The notes: generated by a model not told the origin, from the sequence alone. Counted from the stretch's first letter, positions 1 to 12,907 are shown. The stretch: DNA of 64,000 nucleotides from Takakia lepidozioides (GCA_030704615.1 CM060732.1:25668001-25732000), one strand, 5' to 3'. Translations and numbers: made by a program.

Positions 1-772
1 TTCTCCAAAAGGAAATAAATAATGTCCACCGGATGTGTCCAAGCAACACTTCAACTGTCCGGGTGGCTTGATTCCTGATTGCCTGCACTGACCATTCAGA
101 GTGCGCCTATCTCCATAAACAGAATAGACAATAGTAAGAATACGCACAATGTCTTCTACAATCATGTCGTTCGACTTACATGTTGACCTTACATGAATTG
201 AGCTCTGCAACTTCACAAGTTAAATGATTCATTACTCCATGATATTATTATTGTTAATATTTGAATTAATCTTAATTATGTAATATATTAAGTTTGGAAA
301 AACAAAGAGGTGAGGGCGCAATGGCGGAGCTACGAGACAACCTCCAATGGTCATCTGAAAACTTCTTCCATCTCTATCAGATCCTATCGACTTCCTGCTT
401 ACTTTACTCACATCAAATAGCAAATACTCCCAGGCTTAGCTTTCAAATGATATGCACATTAGAAGTTTTTGTTTGGTTCTCTTTCAGTACTTTCTTCTAC
501 AGTGTTCATCCTAACACCTTGCTTCTTTTCATCTCCATCTCGGTTACCTGCATCATCCCTAATCCTCCCACCACAGCTGTCTTTAGCTTTTAAGCCGTTC
601 GCTTTCTACAGTGACATTTCCCGCCTATACCCCCCTCCTCTACTTTTTCCGCCAACTCCTCTCTCAAGCTCCATGTCCCTCACACCCAGCGGAGTCCTTA
701 TAACACCTTCTGTTTTTTCCGCATCTGTTACCTATAGCTCCCGGAAGCAACCAGCTGCGTAACAACGAGAAG

Positions 773-1300
773 ATGGCGACTCGTGGGAACATCAGAGGGC
801 AACAGAGTTGCACATAAGACCCACCCCGTTGTCTGGTACGGGCTTTTTTATGGCACACCAAGCTCGATCCAGGATAGCTTCTGCCAGTGGTTCAGTAAGA
901 CATCCCTCCCCTCCCATTCCCATCAACCCTCTCTCTCCTCCCCAACCACTTCTCAAAATGCCTAGGCTAAACTCCTTCATTCCGAACTTTCCGAACCCTC
1001 CAATTTTGGAGGAACCACCAGCAGACTGGGAGGAAGAGAGCACTCTTAATCAAGATGATCTGGACAAGGACTACCCCATGATCAATATGAACATCTCGGA
1101 ACTGTAAAGGAGAGTCACAACAATGGAAGAGACAGGTATCCTCATTCACTTTCCGGAGAAAAAAGTGGATAGGACAACAGTCAGAGATTGGGCCATCACT
1201 TTCCTCCAATCGGAGGTGTTTGGCTCCTGGATCACGGATCTCTGTGTAAGTGTCCATCAGTAGAGGCACGATATTTTGTTCTACAGACTTAATCTCCATC
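773..1300 (+). pseudogene. Possible decayed L1-type LINE ORF1 (DUF4283-like) fragment
   Basis: Pro-rich stretch followed, through a stop, by ETGILIHFPEKKVDRTTVRDWAITFLQSEVF, loosely like the plant LINE ORF1 N-terminus; weak resemblance only. Confidence 0.25.
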
Positions 1301-1589
1301 AGGAGATGATTGGCTCATAATACACTGAATACGGTGTGTGTGCCTTATGGCGACAATGGGGTTTTAATTTTTTTCCCCTCAATAATTATCAATAAAATAA
1401 CCAGGGATTCAATTTTTTTAAATAATAATAATAAATCAATCAATCAATATCTCTATCTTTTAAACATATACATAAAATTATTCAAAAAGAAAAGAAATAA
1501 TAAAGTTGATTAATTGAATTTTAAAAAAAGAAGTTTGGAACTGCTTTAAGCCAAAGGTTTGGAAATAGTCAAAATTGATTGTTTGTAGC

Positions 1590-1780
1590 CTCCACATTGC
1601 AAAGAGACATGTCATTGTAGGCACAATAGCTTTATCAACAAGGATAGAATAATATCCATTTGGACAATCCTTTGCTTTGCCATAAACTTCTACAACCTTG
1701 CCATAAACAATCACAATGGAGGAATCCTCAAAGCTCCGTAATAGACCTTATGGCCTTTTCTATACTGCAGAGTTAACAAA
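1590..1780 (-). pseudogene. CACTA TnpA-like (Tnp1/En/Spm) transposon protein fragment
   Basis: Minus strand reads LLRSFEDSSIVIVYGKVVEVYGKAKDCPNGYYSILVDKAIVP, matching the L-R-S...V-A-x-G-x-V...V-x-V-D pattern of the Transposase_23-type domain. Confidence 0.4.
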
Positions 1781-2034
1781 CAAGTATCACGTTAGTCCAA
1801 GTAAAAGTAAGCATACATACAATACGGGCTTGCAAAATAAATTAGAGAAATCTTCTCTATACATGACAAACATCATTATTGTTCTCCACAGCCTCCATCT
1901 GCGCTCTGCTTGGTTGAATTTACATCAATTTGTCCAAAGACATCACCAAAATCATAGGTCAGACCAAGGTCGTCACGCAGTCTTCAACCTAGGGTGACAT
2001 TTTACACTCTCTCAAAAGTCTCTAGGCTGACTTG

Positions 2035-2661
2035 GCCTCTCATTTTTTAATATTAGCATCTTCAATACACCTATGGGCCCCACCAGTACGGCCCGTGGGG
2101 TGAGCTCATAAGCCCACCGCCCATTCACCGGGTCGGCCAGATTCTGAAATTTTTCTAAGTCCTTGTTCATCTACCGCGGTGGACCTTCTAGCGGACTGGG
2201 CAGACCCTCCAACAGATCGACTCCAACCTTTGAGCGGACTGACATACCTTCCAGCAAACCGACGAGCGGATTGGGCACACCCTCCAACAGACCTTCGAAC
2301 GGACTGACTCTAACCTTCGAGCGGGTTTGCAGACCCTTCGACAAAATATATATTTAATAACACACATTGCTGCCATAGTACAACCTAACAATATTTGAAC
2401 ACCCAGCCTCATGTTTGTTATTTTGTTGCTCTTAACCACCACACTACCCACCGCTTTCTACAAAATTTTAAAATAACTAATGCTTTATGTGTAAATTGTG
2501 GGCCCAACATACTAGCTTATGTGTTTTGTGGGCCCCAGCAGACTAGCTTGCCGGGACCCGGCCAGGGTGCTCCGACCCTATGCGACCCCTCTGTCACACG
2601 CGGGGCCTGCCACAGCCACACGGGCGGGCATTGAAGACGCTAATATTGTTCAATGAGAAGT
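2035..2661. mobile_element. Mutator-like MITE, copy 1
   Basis: Imperfect TIRs (gcctctcatt...aatattagcatcttcaatac / gcattgaagacgctaatatt...aatgagaagt); 9-bp TSD gctgacttg 2026-2034 / gctaacttg 2662-2670; homologous to 9316-10469. Confidence 0.8.
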
Positions 2662-3045
2662 GCTAACTTGGGGCGATTTTGGTGAAAATCATACATAATC
2701 TCTTTTTACAAGCCAAAAAAATAATTTTCATCGCATGATTTAACCTTTGAAATCGTACGATGCTTATTCTTCCTCGTCCATTTAATTGCCATTCATCCAT
2801 TCAACTATTTGACATGTGTATATATCTCGCACAACCATAGGTCGCTATGTGTATTTATGTACTCAATTTAATATGTCTAAATAGTCATAAATAAATAAAT
2901 GTGTCATCTTATTGTAGTCTTGCATATGACTATCAGTCATATCAACCATCATACTGCAATTGGTCAATGAACTTTGATCGTAGATTGTGGTCATGTAGAT
3001 ATTAATCTGTCTGAATGCCCTGGAATTCAGGACATTGTGGGCATA

Positions 3046-4516
3046 CACCCTAACTCTGATCCTACACGTCCAACACCCTCTTCATACAGACATACCGACA
3101 TCTTTTTTCACCAACTTGAACAGTTGCTAACCATAATTCATAAAATGAAGGCCACCATCGATTACCCAGATACACCCCCCCCCCCCCACACCCACACAAC
3201 CACCACATCTAAACAAACAAAGCTTGGGGCATGGCGCAACTGCCTCCACCCCCCCCCCGCCCCCCCCCCAAGTCCATCTACTCAAAGTCCGCTCGCACAT
3301 TGGCATCCATGGTAATGAGAAGGCAGACCTACTCGCTCAGTTCACGGTGCCTCCCAACTCACAGCTGAACCCACGAACAACCTTATCCACATTGCCTACA
3401 CCCACCCTGTCTGGTTTATACACCCCGTCCCGGACCCCCCTGCACCTAGACCAGTCCGAAACCTTCTGACAACTCTGACCAGAGAAGCAAATAAACAAGC
3501 TGCAGCTCGGCCATACCAAAATACAAATAAAAAAATGGACTTAGTCCAATGTACTGCACCATAAACTCTCAAATCATTTATGGCTAACCAAAATTACCAC
3601 TGACGAACAAATCTGACAAACACTCAAATTCAGATATGCCCAATACATGGGCCACCAGCGCAAATACATATTCTGGCCACATCTGTTCCCATCCCCATAC
3701 TGTCCATTATGTTCAAATACCCACCAAGCTCGTGACACTTGGCCACATCTCCTCAGCCAGTATACGCACCCGATCATACATGACCTTCATATCATGCGAC
3801 ATAACCAGACAGTCTGGCATCTCCATAAACTCTTTTAACACGTACTGTAACCCGATGGTTCTCGCTCATGAATGCTGGCACCTACCAAGGTCGGCCACCC
3901 GACCACACTATGCCACCGTGGCTGCTACCATGCATATGTACCCCGTTCACCATGCTCATGCCCCGCTAGGTTCTGCCCGGATATACTTCTTGTGCAAGGC
4001 CTACCCGTTAACACTCCACCACCCACCTCACCATCACCACAATTCAACATTCATTTCATTGAATTCACATTCTATCATGATCGATACCCCACCGACTCAA
4101 TCTTAGAAAAACGTTAAAAATATGCCTCGCTTATCCTTGCAATCCGAAGGCGTGGCTGGAAAACCGGCCCGCTAACCGTCATCACCGCCGGTACTCGAGG
4201 CGGCATTCATAATGCCAGTATCAATGTCATTCACGATAACTTCAAAATTCCCATACTACCCATCCACAAATGCTTCAAAGCAATTCATATCATGGCACTC
4301 CGTCACCAACAAACGCCAATTGGAATCCGGCGCTTCAATTGCACCCTAGGTCCCCCAGGGTACCCCTTGGTACCCATGGGTACCATCGACTCCCCTATTT
4401 TCTACGGTCACCTGGTGTCCCACATGACACCCTTCTTTTATAGGGCCAGGGGGCAGTACCCGCAAGGCGAAGTGGCTCTTAGTTACGCCGGCTTCGGTCG
4501 GAGTCTTCTCTCTTTC
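3046..4516 (+). mobile_element. 5'-truncated Dualen/RandI-like non-LTR retrotransposon (RNase H + CCHC finger + restriction-like endonuclease)
   Basis: RNase H motif KVRSHIGIHGNEKADLLA; CPLC...TWPHLLS...RHN finger; RLE motif PDILLVQG...IEFTF...EKR; CT-rich tail; TSD tgggcata 3038-3045 / 4517-4524; frameshifts and stops. Confidence 0.8.
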
Positions 4517-6171
4517 TGGGCATATACGACTCTGTGTCGTGTTTGTAGTGATATATGCCAATGAATATCGAAAACAGTTGAGTCAAAATGTTAGGTGGGG
4601 AGAAGAAATGCCAAAAGTGCCGCCTCAACTTTCTCCCGATCATATATTGTTGTTGTTGCATAGCGCATAGTAAGAGAATTTTTAATTAGATAATGGTTTA
4701 GGTTCCAAATTTTTATTTTCTAAGGGGGCCTTGCTTGCAGAGCCCACCAAAGGGAGGCAAAAGAAACCTAATAAAATGTATAGCCCCCTTACCCTCGATA
4801 TATAGTCTTTGGAGGCGGTGGTGGAGCCTTCTAGAAGGGGCCCACCGCCTCATCCCCCTGCTTCTGGAAACCTCTAGAAGTAGAAGGAAGGATAGGTGTT
4901 GGATGGAGCCCTTGACGAACTTGCACGAATAATGTCAAAAGCTAGCCTTAACCCACCAAGATCCAATCCCATGGTGGATGCTTGAAAGTTCGTATAGTGA
5001 ATGTAATGGTATTTGGGTATGTTGTTATTGGTTGATGCGGCTTGTGAAAATTGAACATTGGCCGAGCGCCCCTCCCATGCCCTATAAAAAAAAACCATAC
5101 AAGTGTCTACCTCCTATCCACCCTCCTACTTCTATGCTAGCCTCCTCCCGCAGTGTCGGGTTGCGTGACCTTCCCAAACTGGGCAAATGAGTTGGGGTAC
5201 ATAGTGCTGAACTCCAAAGGACCAGTTGCCAAGATATTGGTCAAAAGCAAGCTCAAAATAATTCCAAGATACTAGTTCCAATAACAACATTGTCCAAGTT
5301 GTATGGTACAGTAGCCCAAGGGAATGGTTATGTCACCCATTGCGGTGTTCTCATTTTCAAAGAAAATATCACCAAAAACTGGATTAAACTGATTCGAACA
5401 TGCCAGCTTAGATTCTCAAATTTTTTTTTTTTTACTGAATTGCCTGAATCTGCCACATATATTGGAGAAATATGACAAGTTCTTTCCAGGTATACATTGG
5501 TGTCAATTGGAATGACAGTTCCCTTATGATGTTACAATAGAGTGATCAGGAAATTGAGTTGATGGGTTGCCAGTAGCAAATCATGGTTGTAACTTGAATG
5601 GTAAATCTGGCATCAAGTATACAATCTACAAGGGCCTCACAATAGATACAGAGGAAGATGAGTTATATATAAAAAAACTGCTTCTATTGCCTAGATCAAT
5701 CTTCCAAAACAGACTCACTTGGCACAGATTCTAAGGAGTGATTGGGTTGTCAACAGCCTTCACGAGTGTTCCTTTTGTCCTTTTGACTGATTGTGTCTAA
5801 GTTGGAGTTCTTGTGCCACGAGTGCTCCTAGGCCTGCGACGACCCCAGTCCAGCTCTGCTTCTCTAACCTCATTGCTAAGTCCAAAAGGCCAGCAGCATG
5901 ACGTCCTTCCTGCTTCATGTAGAAACCTACAAGATGCGCAAAGAATTGAACTTCAATATTAAGCAAATTGCCCCACAAGCTTTCGAGCTTTTGCAGACAC
6001 ACTGCAACATGGACTACGAGTTCAATATTGAACAAATTGTGCCCCATTCAGTGAGAGCGGTGATTGTCATTAGACACTTCCTGCTATAGCCTTGCGGCCA
6101 AAGATCCAGTGCCCAGGTTATCGATTGGTGAGTTTGCAGGTTTGTGCCTATTCCCTATCTACCAACTTCAA

Positions 6172-6312
6172 AAATCTCGAGGCTGAGCCAAGGCTCAACC
6201 CCTTTCACACTCTCGGCACTAGACTGAATTTAAACTTAGGGCAGGATTAAGCCTACCTTTCAGTAGCAAACAGAATCAGAGAGGAAGGGGGATCGCAAAT
6301 GCCCGTGAGTGG
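6172..6312 (+). mobile_element. Short rearranged fragment of LINE family A (RTEX-like)
   Basis: actctcggcactagactgaa...cagagagg matches ~31295-31395; preceded by tctcgaggctgagcc from ~31519. Confidence 0.75.
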
Positions 6313-6453
6313 TTGCCTCTATACTTCATGAATACTCACGGTGATCCTGGGCCATCTTATACCCTCATCAAGACGAGTACTCTCCAAAAGGTGGGAATTT
6401 GCATGTACGAAGCTCAGGTCGATATTAGATGAGGAGGAGGCATTGAGCTCTTA

Positions 6454-8223
6454 CTACCTTTTGCTGATATGACGGCCAAGGCAACTGTTCTTGCACTTGC
6501 GGCCCTCGGGCATTGCACCCATGGCATCCTTCACGCATCTCTTACAATATGCCCGTCCGCATACCTGCATTTCATATTCATCCAAGCCGAACATTATAAT
6601 ACATGATAAACACGATCGTAGAAGAATGAGTATATATATGTACCAAGTACTCTGGAAAAATAGTAGCAAGAGTCTTTGAACCATAAATTTAGCGGTATCA
6701 ATTGAGCTTGCGCTGGTCGAGCTATAGTACACGTATACGCTAGTGTTTCAACTTCTACTAAGTATGACATCGATCACATGTGTAGAAGTAGCATACCAGA
6801 TTAATCCTCTAGTTCGTGTTCTGCTGTTGCTGAAGTACTATCGAACGTTGTCTGTAAACTATCACGATCAGGCATGTTTAAATGTGATTTAACCAAGCAG
6901 ACTTGTGTAAATCTCACCACGAGGACTCCGCTTGATGGCTCCAAGGTTTTACCCGAGGCTCCGAATAACGGGAATGTTAACTGACTTGAGGATATTTGGG
7001 GACATCCAATTTAACTAGTGTATGAATGAAGACTCCATTAATCCTAGTATTGCTGTAAGAAGACAAGTGGAACGGCCTAATTGCTGGATTGTGAGCAAGA
7101 AACATCTTCAGAATAACACGTGATTCAAAGGATCCTGGGTTCACCGTCCTCAAGGGATTGAATCCAGAAAAAACAGAGAAGAGAATAGTACCAGGCAACG
7201 AGCCTTGAAGAAGAGGATGTAAGAAGAACAGGTAGAACACCGATTGGACGGATGCACTTGCAGCACAGTATCAAAGGCCACCTGGTTCTGCTTAGATCCT
7301 GTGGTTTCATGTGGAATCCCGGTCTCAGCATCCCCGGGCTCCGTCTTTGTAGGGTTTGATCCCATAGAGGCTCCGAAAGAAGCTCGAGGGGATCCCCTCG
7401 GGGAGCGCCTCTGGGAGTTTTGTGGTGCATCACTGTAGGGTCGTGGACTTTCTCTGGGAGATACTCGGGGCGACCGCTTGGGAGACTTGAGGATGCCCAT
7501 GGACCTGGAGGACGCCGTGGGAGAGTGCCCCGTATGAGTGTAATATTCAAAAGGCTGTATAGGGGCAGCTGTCGGGAACCCAATGCCATATCCCACATCC
7601 GAGGACATGGAACTGGCATAATAATTAGGTCCGGGAATTCGAGTGGGAGAGAACTCACTCTGGCAGTAAGGAAACTTGCCCGGGGAGGCAGGGGTTGAAG
7701 ACTTCGACGACGCAGGGTTATACTCTGATGATGACTTATGGGATCCCTTCCTTTGGGCCCCTCGATAATTTTTTCTCTCTAATTTCCTGCTTTTCTCAGA
7801 AGGAAGTCGGATTGCATCTGATTCTGTGTAGTATTCAGCGGAGTCCTCTGACAGGTTTTCCATAGGCGGCAGATCGCGGCCGGGCTTGATTTTCTCCACC
7901 ATATCCTTCAAAGAAAGCTCCACCAGAGATGGGTCCATTGTCTCATACATTCTGTACAGCTCCTCGGCCTTGGCTTTCGAACCTGGCGGTGGCGGGGTAA
8001 AGGTACTGTCCCCTGGCCGCCACAATTTAGGCGAGTCAGGTGTCAACTGCATGTCTCCAATTGCGGTCGCACCACTAGTCCGACTCGACAGACTCCCCGT
8101 CGCCGGGGCACCACTGGCAGGTGCAAGCTGCTGGAACAAGCCGTCATTTAACACCAAGCTGCCATCCAAGCCTGTCCCTTCTCTGATACCGTGGTGACCA
8201 TTCCCTTCACTATCTCTTACCAT
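6454..8223 (-). CDS. XLG N-terminal-type Cys-rich domain protein; exons 8223-7192 and 6564-6458 (ends at a TAG or splices onward)
   Basis: Long Ser/Pro-rich ORF; a phase-0 GT-AG splice gives NRCSTCSSYILFFKARCL|VCGRAYCKRCVKDAMGAMPEGRKCKNSCLGRHISKR, the C-x2-C...AMG-x-MPEGRKC signature of extra-large G protein N-termini and the small XLG-like family. Confidence 0.8.
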
Positions 8224-9315
8224 CGCTCAGATGGGCGGGCCTGCGTCGCCCTCTGAATGGAAACAACTTCGGATAGATCTCTCTATCTGGAGGTCTGCAG
8301 TCTCTTTTGAATCTTAAGTTTTGAAGACATGTGCTCTCAAATGACTGACTCTCTTTGTCTGCCCAGGTGAACATTCACGTGTCCAAATAAAAATGAGGAC
8401 TGTACTGCCGAGCACTACGCACTCAAATAGATCGAGCTAGCCCAATTCAAAGACTGCAATTTAAGGATCATATGAAGATTTTTTGAAGCTGTCACTTGAG
8501 TAGCACAATTGTGCCAACGCTGCACAATATAGGTCGTAAGTCGCGACATTAATTAGAGCTCACCGATCCAATTGTTGCTCAATGCATGAACTCCATAGAT
8601 CTAGTCTGAACGCCAGCTAACTCTGCACTACTCAAATAGCACGATCACATCCTGCTCGCTTCACGCTCGGTACTCATGACTAAAAACCAAACATTTGGCA
8701 TCGCCTATATCTAGAATCAAGTAGGATTTCCAACTTGCAGGATGTCGTGTTGCAAAGGGCAGCACTTGAAAACACAGGACGATACGAGAGGAAGGAGGCA
8801 GGAGTACTATGACATACCATCGGCAGCACCATCATGACAGCCGCGTCGACGAGCACAGTCTCAATTTTCCGGGGCCAAGGAAGACTCACGAATCCAACAC
8901 TGGTCACCAGGGATTCAAATCTCAAAACCATCCGAAAAGACCGTGTGGCGCAGCACTACAGTATATGCCACGATGCACTTGCTGCAGATCTATAGATGAT
9001 GGGCGCATGCATATACACATCCGATCGGCACTTCGACTAGTGCAATATCCAGAGCTCTTTTCCCTGCTAGCTCATTCAGCCCGTGCTGGCCCGCACCTCC
9101 TTCAGTTTTTGTCTTCCTCGGGCTACCACAGGAGGAGAGAAAGTCTAGATCGGAAGCTGATATCATGCATTCAGCTCGCAGATATAGTCAGGCGGGCCCC
9201 AGCTTGCATCGCTTTCCTTGTCGTATTCGGATCCGTGCTGGCAACGCGTATTGTAATGCAAGTCAAAGACCTCCCCAGGTGGGGGCACGCAATCCATCCA
9301 CGCACACAACTCAAG

Positions 9316-10469
9316 GTCCTTTAATAATTGGGACTTGAATGCCCCGCCAGTACGGCCCATGGGGTGAGCTCATGAACCCCCCCCCCTTTCACCAGGTCTA
9401 GATTCTGAATTTTTTTGTAAGTCCTAGTTCTTTAACTGCGGACCTTCTAACGGACCGGCCAAACCCTCGACAGACCGACTCCAACTGGCGAGCGGATTGG
9501 CGAGCGGACTGACCAGCAGATTGGCGATCGGCGAGCGGACTGGCGAGCGGACTCAACATACGAGCGGACTGACCAGACGAGCGCCTAACAGACCCTCCTC
9601 AAACAAAATATATATTTATAATTAAAACACGTTACCGCCACAATTCCACTTGCCTGGATTTGAACAGCAAACCTCACGTTCATCACAAGTTGCTCTTTAC
9701 AATCACACTATCCGCTGCTTTCTACACACTCTTGAAATAATTAATTATTTATGTACATTTTTCAGGTGTTTTGTGGGCCCAACACACTCACTCCCCTCTC
9801 CCTTCCCCTACGCACGCCCTGGGACGGCATTGACAATCGAATCCACGAACACAAAGTCGGAGCGAAAATGAGGGGAGCACGGTGAAAAAGCTCCAACTTG
9901 CCGTCTGTGCACAAATGTGTCATCATGAAATGAAAAGCACAACAACTCTTCCGAAGGTTACAGTAGGCTTGACATCATTTTGCATAGATGGAGAGCCTAC
10001 TGTGACATCCAGAATGACCGTAAGGCTTTTCGCACATGGGTGGACATTCCGTTCGAACGCCAGGAAGTCCGCAAGTGGTCGCATATTACACAGACAACGA
10101 AAGAAAGATCCAGCAGGCAGATTAGAATGTCAGGCGAACTCATGGAATGCTGGCGAGCGCTGCTGCATGAAATGAGACAGGGCGCATTCCTCGCTGGAGA
10201 ACAACCATCCGTGAACACCCGGGATTGAGTAAGGGGAGCGGGGGAGCCGCTATTGCAAGATAGCCGAACAAAGCAACGTCTATGAAAACTGAGAAGAGCA
10301 TACATATATATATATATATATAGCGATGAACGGTGACGATACAGCCACGTGTCTCAGACTGACCCCCTCGGGTAGGGGTCGCCCCACCCTACGCGACCCC
10401 ATGTGCCACCCGCGGGCCCCGCCACAACCACGCGTGCCTGCATTCAAGTCCCAATTATCAATGAGAAGC
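9316..10469. mobile_element. Mutator-like non-autonomous element, copy 2, with an internal ~500 bp insert
   Basis: Perfect 19-bp inverted repeat ataattgggacttgaatgc (9324-9342 / 10440-10458); perfect 9-bp TSD caactcaag 9307-9315 / 10470-10478; gagcggact subterminal repeats shared with copy 1. Confidence 0.85.
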
Positions 10470-10633
10470 CAACTCAAGGCTGCAGGCGGGCCCGCTGCAA
10501 CAACTGTTCTTCCTGCATCGCTTTGCGTACATCGCCACCTTCGTCTCTCTGACCCCACACAAATTGGTCAACTTTTTAGTAGCTGCCATGTGGACTTCGG
10601 ATCCTCAGTGTAACAATCACACTACCTTATGAG

Positions 10634-10667
<34 letters not shown>

Positions 10668-11100
10668 TATTTATTTATTTTAAGGTTTTTTTGTTGTAAG
10701 TTGGTTTTATCTTGAATGCCAATTGGTTATTTTTTCTTTACCTTACAAATAAAGTTTTACAGGGCTACAATTCCCCTGTTCTCTAGAAAAAAAATTAATT
10801 TAATTATTTTGAAAGCCCCCCCCCAGTCCATTTTTTCAAGGTGGCACTTTCTTATATTTTAAATCATTGTTTGGGTGCCCGGCTTGGGTGAAAATCTATA
10901 AACAAGAAACGAAAAGTATTTTTAAGAACGAGTTTCTAATTTATGAGTTTGTCGTAAAATATGGCATGTTCGTTGGAAGCATAGATGCTATGTTTGACGT
11001 CTTTTCTTTTATTTATTTCTCTTAATTATATAAATGTAATCATTCGTTGGGTAGTGAAAGTCTATAATTAAGCAAACAAATCCTAAACATAGTTTTAATT

Positions 11101-11420
11101 CCCTCTCATTTTTGAAAAATTGGGAGTTTATGTCTCACGTGACGTGTGGGCCAAGACGCGCACGAACGCACGGCCGTGGGGTCGCCCCTACGCCCGGCCC
11201 CTGCACCGGCCATCCGCGCAGCGCAGCGCTGTCGGCAGCACCGCACCCCCGGTCCGTAGCCCCCGGCCCGCGGTCGCCGATGTGTCCGCCGGTGCGCCCG
11301 TCCCTGCTAGGTCTGCCCGCCGTTGGGTCTGCCCAGGCTAGGTCTGTTGGGTCTGCCGGCAGAGCAGACTGAACCAACAGACCCAAGCGGACCCAGACCC
11401 TAGATGACCTGGCGCGCATC
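11101..11420 (+). mobile_element. Probable single terminus of a related Mutator-like element
   Basis: ccctctcatttttgaaaaattggga and ggggtcgcccc resemble the MULE TIR and subterminal motifs; no partner end found. Confidence 0.35.
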
Positions 11421-12771
11421 TGACCGTCAAGCCGCGCTGCCATCCTATCCGTCCGGATTTAGGGCATCGCATCGCAACCGCCAATCTGCGAGTGTTTCCT
11501 TGATCTTTTCCTCCCCTATGGTCTGTTCTTGCCGCCTGGCTTCCCTCCTTGCAAGAACGTGCGTGTTATCGTCCTTCGCTTCCACCTTTGCAGGTCGTAT
11601 TGCAGGTGCTGAAGTATGCGCGAAAGGGTACTGTAGTATATATGGCAGCGGCCGTCGATGCCCAACTTGAAAGCTTTCTTATACGTCCATGTCATGATTT
11701 TGTTTGTGATTAGTTAGAAATAGTTATTTTTAACTAATTAGGACATTATATATTTTTATTTTTATTTTGTTGGCATTGGGACTTCATTTGGTTCCATGTG
11801 CCAAGTGAGGTGGCGAACCTCACTTGGGACGTGGGGAGGTTATCTCCACGTGAGACGTAGGCAGACTCGTCTTCTTCTAGTCGAGCCTCCCGAGGCCTCT
11901 CTCGCCGCCGTAGCTCTAGTACTTGAGATGGAGAGTGGGTGAGGTCTGTATGGTGGAGTCCTTTAGCAAAGGTGCCATTGGCTTGACTTATATAACGTGA
12001 TAGAGTGGTTTCCCCTCTTTTTACCATTTCCGTATCACTAGAAGAAGACCTGCTTACATCTATGAGTGCAAGGTATTAGCATAGTTAACACTTGTGTGTG
12101 GAAGAGAGCTTGATAGATAACTCTTAAGTTACAAGGTGTTGCAGGGTTTGCAAGAAGAAAGCCTTGTGGTGTTTATGTACAAGAGGAGGTCTTCAAGGAG
12201 AGCCCCATTGAAAAGTTTGAGAGCTTGTGAAGAAGCTTTTGTTCTGCAAGTGTTGCAGGGTTTGAGAAGTTCAAAAAGAGCTCGAGTGTTAAAGAAGCAA
12301 GCGGTGCATGTATGGAGCATGGTTTCAGCTTGTGAGAGTCTTCAACTTCAAGCTTAGGAGAGCTATGAATGGAGGTAGACATCTGATTTCTCTTTGGGGT
12401 AGAATAGTGTATTTGTAGAGCATGGGTTTCAATCCCAAGCTTGGGAAAAACATGTCTATGGAAGTGACAAGTGAGGGCTGAATTATGAGCTCTAAGAGGT
12501 GCACTATGGCCATGGAAGGAAGCACTATGAATGCATGCGATGGCTAGAAGAGGGTATGCCATAGAAAGCTCAATAGCTTGTTCTATACTTGTTTCAATAA
12601 GTTCTATAGAGAAAGAGAGTTTGTTGTGTGGCAAATAGCTTGCTCAGGGAGCTAGATGCACTCTTGGTGATCTATTGATGCTCAAGAAACCAAGAACAAC
12701 ACCTCTGGTTGCTCCATAGAAGCCATAGCTCGTTGCAGCAATCACAGAAGGCAAAGCGGCGCAAACCCTAG

Positions 12772-12872
12772 ATTGGAAACGCTTGGGAACGCGTGTGAAC
12801 TCCTTGGGAACGCATATGAACGCTTGGGAACTCCTTGGGAACTCGTGGAAACGCATAGGAACGCATGGGAAC
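12772..12872. repeat. Tandem ~10-bp (t)gggaacgc repeats
   Basis: Repeated ttgggaacgc / ggaaacgc / gggaactc units. Confidence 0.8.
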
Positions 12873-12907
12873 ATTGCCCCAGAATTGGGAGCACCACCAT
12901 TGTCAAA

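Noticed and set aside
4735-6090. Short ORFs as downstream exons of the XLG-like gene
   Set aside because: No recognisable continuation or G-alpha motifs in any frame I read
9324-10458. Sola-type element with AATT TSD
   Set aside because: The inverted repeat extends beyond AATT, and 9-bp TSDs in both copies fit Mutator better
9160-10560. Possible response-regulator receiver pseudogene interrupted by the MULE (STDPNTTRKAMQAGA..DY)
   Set aside because: Resemblance is limited to a few residues and needs a frameshift
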